A stretch of DNA of 43,861 nucleotides from positions 1-43,861 of IMG/VR virus record IMGVR_UViG_3300032171_000006; one strand, 5' to 3'. Below, piece by piece: positions 36,909 through 43,861 of the stretch. The stretch is from a virus (taxonomy: Duplodnaviria; Caudoviricetes). Each line of letters starts with the position of its first letter. The first letter of the stretch is position 1. The position numbers were made by a program, and so were the translations under genes. Under the pieces are notes generated by a model. The model saw only the letters and a program-made list of their open reading frames with translations. It made no database searches and was not told the DNA's origin.

Positions 36909-37921
36909 TTCTTTTGGTATTGATTATCCCTAAATGGGTCATCGCCCTCGTAATGCCATTCGCCATCAGGGATAAATTTCGCCCCCTGGACTATTTTGAA
37001 ATACAATATCTTCCCGTTCGGATTCTCTTCCGTCCGCCAATTCTTAGCTTTCACAATCTTAATCCGCCCAGGGTCAATAGATAAATAAAGCCTGGGTTTT
37101 TCCAGCGAAAAACTACCGCCACGCCCATAATCCCGCCCTCTTTCTTTCTGAATAGCAATAATAGCGATTCCTTTTACTAATCGCTTATGAATCTCTGCTA
37201 TCTGGTTAGCAATCATATAAAAATTATCCCCGATTTCCAAATAATCAATAATATTTATATCATCTGGACGAATAACATCATGGAAATCAGATGACCTCTC
37301 GAATGGGAAGAATCGCCAATCCTTTAATTCCATTCCCTCAAATTTCCCTAACCGTTCTTTTAATTCAGTTTCCCCCATTTCTGAGTTAAAGTAATAAATA
37401 TCATGTTTATCCATATTCATCTTAATGAAATTAAACAGAAAACAAGTCTTTCCTGCGTCTGAATGCCCAGCGACCACAATGATATTGCGGGGAAATATCC
37501 TGACCATCTTCTCAATCCCGAACGGCCAAAGCAAAGAAATCTCTTCAACAGGGGCATTAACAAAATCCATAAGCTCGACATCGTCATCCACCCGACGCCA
37601 GACTCCTGCTCGCCTTTTAGACCTCTCAATAAGCCCATCCTTTTCCATGCGGGCAAGTATCGCTGAGACATTCTTCTTATCCTTTTTCTCTTTAATCCCC
37701 AGCTCATGATAGATATCCTTGTTCGTAAATACTCCAACCTGTTTCTCTACCCATTCTCTTACCTCTTCGGCCAACACTCTATCGGGATTAATTTTAACTT
37801 GGATTGTAGCCAGTTTTTCCTTGGCCTCTTCCAGATTCTCGGCGTCCAAGGATTTCTTAAGGTCTTCAAGAAAAACATAAAAAGAGAATTTGTCCAATAT
37901 TGTTTTTGTTTCATCGTTCAT
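36899..37921 (-). CDS. Winged-helix plus SF4 (DnaB/RecA-fold) helicase, probable replication initiator
   Basis: wHTH (FT.KDIY.ELG ... L.RM.KDGLIER....G.W); Walker A AGHSDAGKT; YFNSEM; Walker B IIDY; IAIQK. Confidence 0.85.
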   Translation of the reverse strand: MNDETKTILDKFSFYVFLEDLKKSLDAENLEEAKEKLATIQVKINPDRVLAEEVREWVEKQVGVFTNKDIYHELGIKEKKDKKNVSAILARMEKDGLIERSKRRAGVWRRVDDDVELMDFVNAPVEEISLLWPFGIEKMVRIFPRNIIVVAGHSDAGKTCFLFNFIKMNMDKHDIYYFNSEMGETELKERLGKFEGMELKDWRFFPFERSSDFHDVIRPDDINIIDYLEIGDNFYMIANQIAEIHKRLVKGIAIIAIQKERGRDYGRGGSFSLEKPRLYLSIDPGRIKIVKAKNWRTEENPNGKILYFKIVQGAKFIPDGEWHYEGDDPFRDNQYQKKWR

Positions 37922-37939
37922 CTTTTTCTTCGGGCGAAA

Positions 37940-37968
37940 ATAATAATTTCGAAATTAAAAATTGTCAA
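37940..37968 (-). promoter_or_regulatory. Sigma70-type promoter for the helicase gene
   Basis: TTGACA-17 bp-TATTAT on the minus strand. Confidence 0.65.
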
Positions 37969-38205
37969 GGCGAAATATTTAACCACATCATCCCAACTAC
38001 CGTCAATCTCAAAAAAAGTAATATACCAAAGCTCTTTCTTTAAATGTTTCCAATGATTATGAAATTCAAAATCAATCTTCATTTTCTTTCTCCCTTAATT
38101 CTCTTATTGCCTCTCTTAGTTCCAAATAACACCAATCCAATCCTTCTTCATCTCCGCCGTTCTCTACCCAGATTCTAGCAATAGTTTCAATTAATTTTTT
38201 ATCTG

Positions 38206-39024
38206 TCATTTCTCTTTCTCCTTTAATTTTTTAAACAATAAATCAATCGTCTCATAAAAATAACCAATTACTTTATCTCGATAAGTCTCAAAAAAACTTA
38301 CTACACCTAAATCATGGTAATGCTGATGACATTCTCGGCACAAAGGAATCACCCAATCCTTAGGTGCCCCCGCACCTCTAGTCTTAGGAAAATGGGCTTT
38401 ATCTGCTTTCCTATTAGGATGAAAAATACATCCATGGTTTTCTACATATTCCAGGTAATTACTCGGAATGTCTAACATGTTAGACACTTCTTCTTCGGCT
38501 GGCGGTAATTCTGGTTTCCCTAATTCTTCTCTTACTAACTGAATCAAATCCGACCGAGAAAGCGATACCGCTGATTCAATCCACCTCTTTGGGTCTCTCT
38601 CGACTACTGGCTCAATTATCTTAAGTTTTCCATGCCCGATTTTCTTAATAGTCTCAGGATTAATGTTGAGTTTCTGTGAATATAATTCATAAATCTTAAT
38701 AAATGAATAGGCCGTTGACCGCTTAATTGAAATCTCTGGCGACCCAAGAAATTCTGTAAAGCTATCACAATTTAAATATTCATATAGTTTGTTATCTCGA
38801 ATTGTCTTTAAAAAGAAGCCGAGCAACAAAATATTTTCCTCTAATTTATCTCGCAAAGTTAAGACGCCAGTATAAAGCGAAAATGCTATTTTTACCTTCT
38901 TATCTTCATCTGTTAGCATCAATCTTGTTTTATAACAATCACTTGAGCAATCAGTATAACCTTGTTCACAATACATCCCATCTTCGTTATATCTAAAGAA
39001 ATGACAATCAAATTTGTCTATCAT
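38206..39024 (-). CDS. HTH plus DUF968/HNH-like Zn-binding protein
   Basis: IRDNKLY.....SF.EFL.......RSTAY.FI HTH-like segment; C-terminal C..H...AH....G.G....IPLCR.CH...H. Confidence 0.7.
   Translation of the reverse strand: MIDKFDCHFFRYNEDGMYCEQGYTDCSSDCYKTRLMLTDEDKKVKIAFSLYTGVLTLRDKLEENILLLGFFLKTIRDNKLYEYLNCDSFTEFLGSPEISIKRSTAYSFIKIYELYSQKLNINPETIKKIGHGKLKIIEPVVERDPKRWIESAVSLSRSDLIQLVREELGKPELPPAEEEVSNMLDIPSNYLEYVENHGCIFHPNRKADKAHFPKTRGAGAPKDWVIPLCRECHQHYHDLGVVSFFETYRDKVIGYFYETIDLLFKKLKEKEK
38469..38486. promoter_or_regulatory. Dispersed palindrome copy 5
   Basis: TGTCTAAC-AT-GTTAGACA perfect 18-bp palindrome. Confidence 0.65.
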
Positions 39025-39211
39025 CTAATTCTTCTCCATATCGGTCTTTATATTCTTTACGCAAAATTTCTATAGCTTCTTCTAATCCTTCTAATAATTT
39101 TACATATAATTTTCTTGTTTTAGCATCCCATTCACCCCAAGCAAACGCAAATTCGCCCGCAACATCTTGAATCCACTCAATAGCTTCTTTTAAGGCTTCT
39201 TTATCACTCAT
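39008..39211 (-). CDS. Hypothetical protein
   Basis: MSDKEALKEA start with ATGA overlap. Confidence 0.6.
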   Translation of the reverse strand: MSDKEALKEAIEWIQDVAGEFAFAWGEWDAKTRKLYVKLLEGLEEAIEILRKEYKDRYGEELDDRQI

Positions 39212-39405
39212 TGAATCTTCCCCGCCACCTGAAAAAGCCCAGCCAACACCGCACAGACGCATCCCATTAACCAACAAGCAACCGCCCAAAGAGATAGCTT
39301 CTCATGTTCGATTTTCCAGCTTGAAGGAATATTGTTCTTTTGCCAAACCAATATCCATCCGATTATCCAAAATAATATTGCTGCCCCCAAAAACCCGATA
39401 ATCAT
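39208..39405 (-). CDS. Small two-TM membrane protein
   Basis: GGAGG RBS; two hydrophobic segments. Confidence 0.65.
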   Translation of the reverse strand: MIIGFLGAAILFWIIGWILVWQKNNIPSSWKIEHEKLSLWAVACWLMGCVCAVLAGLFQVAGKIQ

Positions 39406-39537
39406 TTTAATCCTCCCAGATTGAAATTAATTTATTACAATATAAACATCTCACTATGAACCAACCATCTTGGCAAACAATAAATCTTTTGTGTTTCCCT
39501 AATAGGCATAATAATCGTCTAATTAATTTTGTCATAT

Positions 39538-39747
39538 TTACCCACCTAGCTTAATTAATTCGATTGCCTTAAGGATTTTTCTCAAAAACATAATAATGAA
39601 TCCTCCCGTTCCCATAATAAAACAAATAATACTAATCACTCCAAATTTTAAAAGTTGTTTTTCCTCAAATTCATTCGCAAAGACAAAAAAGAATATAAGC
39701 CCTAACACTAAAAGAATAAAACTTATCACCAATCCAAAAGTTTCCAT
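39538..39747 (-). CDS. Small two-TM membrane protein
   Basis: Two hydrophobic segments; AGGAG RBS. Confidence 0.7.
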   Translation of the reverse strand: METFGLVISFILLVLGLIFFFVFANEFEEKQLLKFGVISIICFIMGTGGFIIMFLRKILKAIELIKLGG

Positions 39748-39748
39748 T

Positions 39749-40054
39749 TTAAGTCTCCTTTAATTTTTCTTTTAATTGTTCCCATCTTTCCTGAATATCT
39801 TTTAATGATACTCTTAAAGTCCTGGCCAGCGATTCTTGGACAATCTCTTTCTTTTTCTCCAATGGGATGCTTTTATACATGTAGTTTCTTACCGATTCTT
39901 TCATTGGTCGCCCCTTTAAAACATAAAAATAGACACCCATAACAAAACAATAAGCTGGGCAAAAAATTTCGCAATTATCTTCACAATCAAACTCCCTTGA
40001 CCATTCATTACAAAATTCCTTAAATAAATCTAATAAATCAATCTCCTTTCTCAT
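39749..40054 (-). CDS. Hypothetical protein
   Basis: ORF with ATGA coupling; Cys cluster. Confidence 0.65.
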   Translation of the reverse strand: MRKEIDLLDLFKEFCNEWSREFDCEDNCEIFCPAYCFVMGVYFYVLKGRPMKESVRNYMYKSIPLEKKKEIVQESLARTLRVSLKDIQERWEQLKEKLKET

Positions 40055-40881
40055 TTTCCTTTTACATACTCATTATAGAAATAACATATTGGTTGATACC
40101 GTTTACATCCTCGGCACTGCCAATATGCTTTCTCGCCCGATTTGTCCTTATTATAAGGCAGAAACCGCCTTACATATTCTGGCGGGAAAGGTTTTTGCTC
40201 TTCAATTGCTTTCCTTAACCTATCTGCCCGAGCAAGTATTTCAATCCAATTCTCTTTTAATTCTACTGGCTTAAACCTTAGTGTCCACGCCCGTAAATCT
40301 ACTGATTTATATTCCTGTTGCCTGAGAGATTTATCTTTCAGATTCCATACGGTATAACTTGGCATATTTCCGACCAGAAAAAATACTACCAGCCCAATCT
40401 GGGTAACCCCATAAGCATAGCAATAAGTCTTCATTCGAGTAACCCATTGAGGAGCATCACGGACTACATCAAAATTCTCTGATGACTGAGCAATAGATTT
40501 GATTTCGATAAGTCCAAACTCAGGATGAATATCATCGACGGTGCAACAAATTCCATCCTTTTGAATGGTTGGGCATTCCTGGGCAATCGCCCTTTCTATC
40601 ACCCGACCTCGCAAAAATTTCATCGCTGACTCAGCGTCCAAGGAAGGAAGGTCAGGAATCACTCGACTGTAATAAGCTGGTAAAGGACAAAGCCCGTCAA
40701 GGTCACTGGCATGGATATGCTCTTTCCGCCCTTCAGGGTCATACTGGATTGCTCGCATCTCTCGATGACCTTCAACAAGGTCAATAATCCTTTGTTTGTA
40801 AGTCTCGGCTAGCTCTTTAGATTCTTTGATAATCATTTTTTCTTTTAGCCAATTCTTTCTCGATTTCCAATAAATAAGCAA
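40051..40881 (-). CDS. Cas4-like PD-(D/E)XK exonuclease
   Basis: IHASDL..LCP..Y, D......IEIKS, Y...Y and C..C.....C motifs. Confidence 0.85.
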   Translation of the reverse strand: MLIYWKSRKNWLKEKMIIKESKELAETYKQRIIDLVEGHREMRAIQYDPEGRKEHIHASDLDGLCPLPAYYSRVIPDLPSLDAESAMKFLRGRVIERAIAQECPTIQKDGICCTVDDIHPEFGLIEIKSIAQSSENFDVVRDAPQWVTRMKTYCYAYGVTQIGLVVFFLVGNMPSYTVWNLKDKSLRQQEYKSVDLRAWTLRFKPVELKENWIEILARADRLRKAIEEQKPFPPEYVRRFLPYNKDKSGEKAYWQCRGCKRYQPICYFYNEYVKGK

Positions 40882-41152
40882 AGTCTTTCCAATTGTAACA
40901 ATCGCTTTGATAAATTACTTGTTTCAGCTCGTTTCTCATTTGTTTTAATTGATTGGTCGATAAATTAGAAAAACTTTTCATTTTTCTATCCTCCTTTTTT
41001 AAGAAATAATAACATTGTTCATCATAAAAATCGCAAGGGAAAGGCATTATTTCCTTATCAAATTTTCTCCAGTTAAAAGAACATCCTTTCCCTGTTTTCT
41101 TAAATTTTTTTTCATCAAACCATAAACAAATTAAAGGAAAATTACACGGCAT
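40817..41152 (-). CDS. Hypothetical Cys-rich protein
   Basis: ORF in operon; may be two fused small domains (internal RBS before MKSFSN). Confidence 0.55.
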   Translation of the reverse strand: MPCNFPLICLWFDEKKFKKTGKGCSFNWRKFDKEIMPFPCDFYDEQCYYFLKKEDRKMKSFSNLSTNQLKQMRNELKQVIYQSDCYNWKDFAYLLEIEKELAKRKNDYQRI

Positions 41153-41692
41153 TTATTTTCTCCTTAAAATATAATCCTCAATCAATCTGGCCATCTCTAC
41201 AACAAAGTCCCCGCCGACTTTTTCACCTACCTGAATGAACGCAACTCCCAACTCTACCGCCGCTTTAATCGCTACCTGCCGACTAATCAGAACATCACGC
41301 CAACTGCTTTGCTCGCCCTCGTTATCTACTGTCTCATCAGGAAATTGTTCTTCTTCGACTGGCTCTTTATCAATCTGCTCACAAGGAATAATATTTTTGA
41401 TATTCAGCCACTTACCTTTCGCCTTCCAGGCTTCAACTTCTATCTCATCGCCTTCTTTTAGATTCTGGACAGTTTCTCGCAAGTCAGCGGGGACTTTTTC
41501 GTTCAAAAATATACTTACCCAGACATTACCTACTTTGGAATCACCAATCTGGCACGCCCAACGGTTATTGTCTGGATTCCAATTGATTTTTTTGATTTTT
41601 CCCATTAATTTCATTGCTCGCACTCCAAAAACATCGTCAAAATCCTTAATTAACTGAAAGAGGTTCCCCGAAAATTCGATAGTAGATTTCAT
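41153..41692 (-). CDS. Single-stranded DNA-binding protein (OB fold)
   Basis: GKIKKI, W.S.F, LKEGD.IEV, NIKNI; acidic linker; I.RQVA.KAAV tail. Confidence 0.65.
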   Translation of the reverse strand: MKSTIEFSGNLFQLIKDFDDVFGVRAMKLMGKIKKINWNPDNNRWACQIGDSKVGNVWVSIFLNEKVPADLRETVQNLKEGDEIEVEAWKAKGKWLNIKNIIPCEQIDKEPVEEEQFPDETVDNEGEQSSWRDVLISRQVAIKAAVELGVAFIQVGEKVGGDFVVEMARLIEDYILRRK

Positions 41693-41843
41693 CCGAATAC
41701 CAACGTCTCATTAAATCTCTGTCAATCGGGTAAATATTACCACATCGAGGACACATCACCTTACCCATCCCTACATACTCCATCCTTAAAAAGTCAATAC
41801 ACTTTGGACAATAATAAGGTTCACGGAAAGCGTCTTTCACCAT
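41646..41843 (-). CDS. Zn-ribbon protein
   Basis: CPKC ... CPRCG. Confidence 0.7.
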   Translation of the reverse strand: MVKDAFREPYYCPKCIDFLRMEYVGMGKVMCPRCGNIYPIDRDLMRRWYSDEIYYRIFGEPLSVN

Positions 41844-41958
41844 ATCTAATCACTCCTTTCAATTTATTTATAGCTGTGCCAATAATACTTAACGCCCCAA
41901 TAATAATTCCGCCCCAGAAAATTATTGTTATCACATCCATTTGCTCGCCTCTCTATTA

Positions 41959-41987
41959 AATATAAGCGACTAACATCGATTTGTCAA
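41959..41987 (-). promoter_or_regulatory. Sigma70-type promoter for the replication/recombination genes
   Basis: TTGACA-17 bp-TATATT, same hexamers as 814 and 43769. Confidence 0.8.
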
Positions 41988-42121
41988 GTTTTAATCCATT
42001 TGCTCGCCAATATTTTCATTTCACGACAAACCACTGTTTTATAATCAAAAAAATATCCTGTTGCTAGAATATTTCTAAATTCAACTGGAACAATAATATT
42101 GTTTTCTTCTTAAATCCTCCT

Positions 42122-42289
42122 TTAATTTAGTTGTTCTAAATATTGATCAATATCCTGATAAACGAGCAAAATGCGTGATCGCCATAAAGTGAGATCACTT
42201 CCTATTCCCCTAAAATTCCCAAGATCATCAAAGATCAGCCGTAATTTTTTACTGATCTCTTTTAATTTCTCTTGATCCTTTTTTCTCAT
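42122..42289 (-). CDS. Small helical protein (55 aa, not in ORF track)
   Basis: MRKKDQEKLKEISKKLRLIFDDLGNFRGIGSDLTLWRSRILLVYQDIDQYLEQLN; AGAGGA RBS. Confidence 0.65.
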   Translation of the reverse strand: MRKKDQEKLKEISKKLRLIFDDLGNFRGIGSDLTLWRSRILLVYQDIDQYLEQLN

Positions 42290-42363
42290 CTTGTCCTCTT
42301 TTAATTAGTTTGATCATCATTTAATTGTTCATAAATAAAATTATTGATTCCCCGAATAAGATC
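42145..42363. other. GATC cluster
   Basis: GATC at 42145, 42177, 42193, 42223, 42233, 42254, 42274, 42312, 42360. Confidence 0.9.
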
Positions 42364-42510
42364 GTGAATCTCATCATCAAGTCGAGAATAAAAGTTAATC
42401 TTTGGATTTTTATGTTTTTCTGCGTCGAACAACAAAAAAGAAGTCAATTCATAAGCCTTACTTAAATATTCCTTTACTTTCTGCAATTCTTTTAATTGTT
42501 TACCAGTCAT
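42301..42510 (-). CDS. Small helical early protein
   Basis: AGGAGG RBS. Confidence 0.7.
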   Translation of the reverse strand: MTGKQLKELQKVKEYLSKAYELTSFLLFDAEKHKNPKINFYSRLDDEIHDLIRGINNFIYEQLNDDQTN

Positions 42511-42521
42511 CTTATCCTCCT

Positions 42522-42686
42522 TTAAAATTTCTTATATGGTCGGGGATTGGAGAGTCTTTCGAAGTAAGTGCAAACTCGACCATATTTTTGACCAAAGGCA
42601 CAAATAGCACAATTTACCATTTTCTCGCCATTTTCAATTAAGGTGGACTCTCGATAATAAGGACACTCGTTTAATTTTCTTTTCAT
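42522..42686 (-). CDS. Small Cys-containing protein (54 aa, not in ORF track)
   Basis: MKRKLNECPYYRESTLIENGEKMVNCAICAFGQKYGRVCTYFERLSNPRPYKKF; AGGAGG RBS. Confidence 0.65.
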   Translation of the reverse strand: MKRKLNECPYYRESTLIENGEKMVNCAICAFGQKYGRVCTYFERLSNPRPYKKF

Positions 42687-42689
42687 TTT

Positions 42690-42911
42690 TCAATCCTCCT
42701 TAAATTGAATGTCTTTATTTCCAAGATATTGGAAGCCCGCTATTGTTCCATCCTCTAATTTTACTGAAAATTTAATTGGGCATCCATCTTTTTGCTCGTA
42801 TATCATATAAATTTCGCCCTCAAAATCCTCATCTAGTCTCCTAAAATCTCCGCCCCATGGACACAAATTCAAAGCCCAATATCCCGTCTCCTTAGCAATT
42901 TTTACTTTCAT
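42690..42911 (-). CDS. Small SH3-like early protein
   Basis: AAGGAG RBS before ATG 42911 (MKVKIAK); the longer predicted N-terminus runs through the ribozyme. Confidence 0.7.
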   Translation of the reverse strand: MKVKIAKETGYWALNLCPWGGDFRRLDEDFEGEIYMIYEQKDGCPIKFSVKLEDGTIAGFQYLGNKDIQFKED

Positions 42912-42934
42912 TATTTTTCTCCTTTTATTTTTTT

Positions 42935-43001
42935 TGGCCTGTCTCATCGGTCCCCAGGCGGCCATCCCTGGGGAGACTCGGGATTACTCCCGAGTTTCGA
43001 C
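42935..43001 (-). ncRNA. Type II hammerhead ribozyme
   Basis: GUC-GAAAC-UCGGGA-GUAA-UCCCGA-GUC/UCCCCAGG-GAUGGCCG-CCUGGGGA-CCGAUGA-GAC-A-GGCCA: full core, stems I-III, GUC cleavage triplet and loop I/3-prime pseudoknot. Confidence 0.92.
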
Positions 43002-43124
43002 TTAATAAGAGCTACGATAACAATCTCGGTCGATAAAAACTTCTGGGAAGATAATTTTGGCAATCAATTCTCTAACTTTCCAAAATTTTAACTTGTCATC
43101 AATAAACAACCAAACCTTTCTCAT
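43002..43124 (-). CDS. Small early protein (40 aa, not in ORF track)
   Basis: MRKVWLFIDDKLKFWKVRELIAKIIFPEVFIDRDCYRSSY; AGGAGG RBS; stop abuts the ribozyme. Confidence 0.6.
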   Translation of the reverse strand: MRKVWLFIDDKLKFWKVRELIAKIIFPEVFIDRDCYRSSY

Positions 43125-43145
43125 TTTATCCTCCTATAAAAATCT

Positions 43146-43206
43146 CTGGCCGTCCCGACTCGAACGGCCAAGACGGCCAGGTAAGCCAGAAGCCCAAAAA
43201 CGGCCA
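43146..43206 (-). ncRNA. Structured intergenic RNA with a T-loop-like hairpin
   Basis: CUGGCCGUC/GACGGCCAG 9-bp stem enclosing CCG-UUCGAGU-CGG; three UGGCCGU copies. Confidence 0.55.
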
Positions 43207-43211
43207 AGGAA

Positions 43212-43403
43212 TTAATCATCTTTAATTTCTCCAATTTGTTCTAATTCATATACCCATTTATAAAACTCATTTAAGGTAGAACAAGTTATTCCATGTTCAA
43301 CTAATCCCCATCTGTCTTTTACTTCCCCATCATAAAAACCACTTTCAGTAAATTGTAATATCAAGGTTTTTCCGTCCTTAAGGTTTCTTCTTAATAACTC
43401 CAT
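43212..43403 (-). CDS. First early gene, acidic hypothetical protein
   Basis: AAGGAG RBS, directly downstream of a promoter. Confidence 0.7.
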   Translation of the reverse strand: MELLRRNLKDGKTLILQFTESGFYDGEVKDRWGLVEHGITCSTLNEFYKWVYELEQIGEIKDD

Positions 43404-43434
43404 TTAATTCTCCTTTAATTAAATTTACACCTAG

Positions 43435-43463
43435 ATTATACCATACTTCCCTATAAATTACAA
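43435..43463 (-). promoter_or_regulatory. Strong leftward early promoter
   Basis: TTGTAA-17 bp-TATAAT with TG extended -10. Confidence 0.75.
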
Positions 43464-43768
43464 TCCCCTAATACCAAAAAACCATTAAAACCAATACTTA
43501 AATTAACAATCTTTTATCCTATATCTATTATCCTATATAAACCAACAGGGGAGAGATAAGCCACCATCCCGCTTCCCTCACTCTTCCCGTCACATTATCC
43601 CCTTACCCAGCCAGCCAAAGAGCCACCCGAGACCCCCCATTGGCCTCAGGCGGGGGGATAATCCCTTCTTTTTAACGCAGAATATTTTTTAAAGCATTTG
43701 AGGCTTGAAGTCACAGATTGTGATTTTAAGGCTTAATTTGAGGTTATGGATTATTTTGATATGGGGGG

Positions 43769-43797
43769 TTGACATATGGTGACTTGTGGAGTATATT
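43769..43797 (+). promoter_or_regulatory. Rightward sigma70-type promoter
   Basis: TTGACA-17 bp-TATATT, then AGGAGG and ATG. Confidence 0.8.
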
Positions 43798-43806
43798 ATA
43801 TATAGG

Positions 43807-43861
43807 AGGTTAGTCATGAGTAAAAAGAAAGAGTTATTAGAGGAAGCCTTAATAAAGGCTA
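43807..43861. repeat. Terminal direct repeat, right copy
   Basis: Identical to 1-55. Confidence 0.95.

Noticed and set aside
40051-40881. CRISPR-associated Cas4
   Set aside because: Solo Cas4-like nucleases next to SSB are standard phage recombination genes; no other cas genes are present
31578-42641. Plus-strand ORFs within the minus arm (e.g. 37706-38056, 41235-41657)
   Set aside because: Antisense shadows of motif-bearing genes
42912-42965. N-terminal extension of ORF 42690-42965
   Set aside because: It runs through the ribozyme, and a good RBS precedes ATG 42911
43146-43206. tRNA gene or attP remnant (GTTCGAGTC)
   Set aside because: No D arm or anticodon arm, the T-stem is only 3 bp, and no integrase is present

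Overview
This window is a complete, circularly assembled (55-bp terminal overlap, unit length about 43,806 bp), AT-rich dsDNA tailed phage genome with podovirus-like organisation. The + arm (1-30557) carries small early genes, then portal, scaffold, capsid, fibre proteins, GroES, adaptor, a GT2 glycosyltransferase, a split nozzle, a C1q-tipped fibre, M15 endolysin, GNAT, low-complexity ejection proteins, lysis genes and the terminase. The - arm (30532-43403) carries early and replication genes: SSB, Cas4-like nuclease, wHTH-SF4 helicase, metallophosphoesterase, nucleoside deoxyribosyltransferase and an orphan HicB. I recognised no integrase, DNA polymerase, DNA methyltransferase or tRNA. Sigma70-type promoters and Shine-Dalgarno sites indicate a bacterial host. 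The main signals not explained by the ORFs are: (1) a type II hammerhead ribozyme in the early operon, next to a T-loop hairpin sharing its pseudoknot motif; (2) near-total loss of GATC except 9 sites packed into 219 bp; (3) five dispersed TGTCTAAC-N1-2-GTTAGACA palindromes, four overlapping genes; (4) a helically phased inverted iteron array (likely origin). All counts come from manual reading and all protein calls from motif recognition, not database searches.
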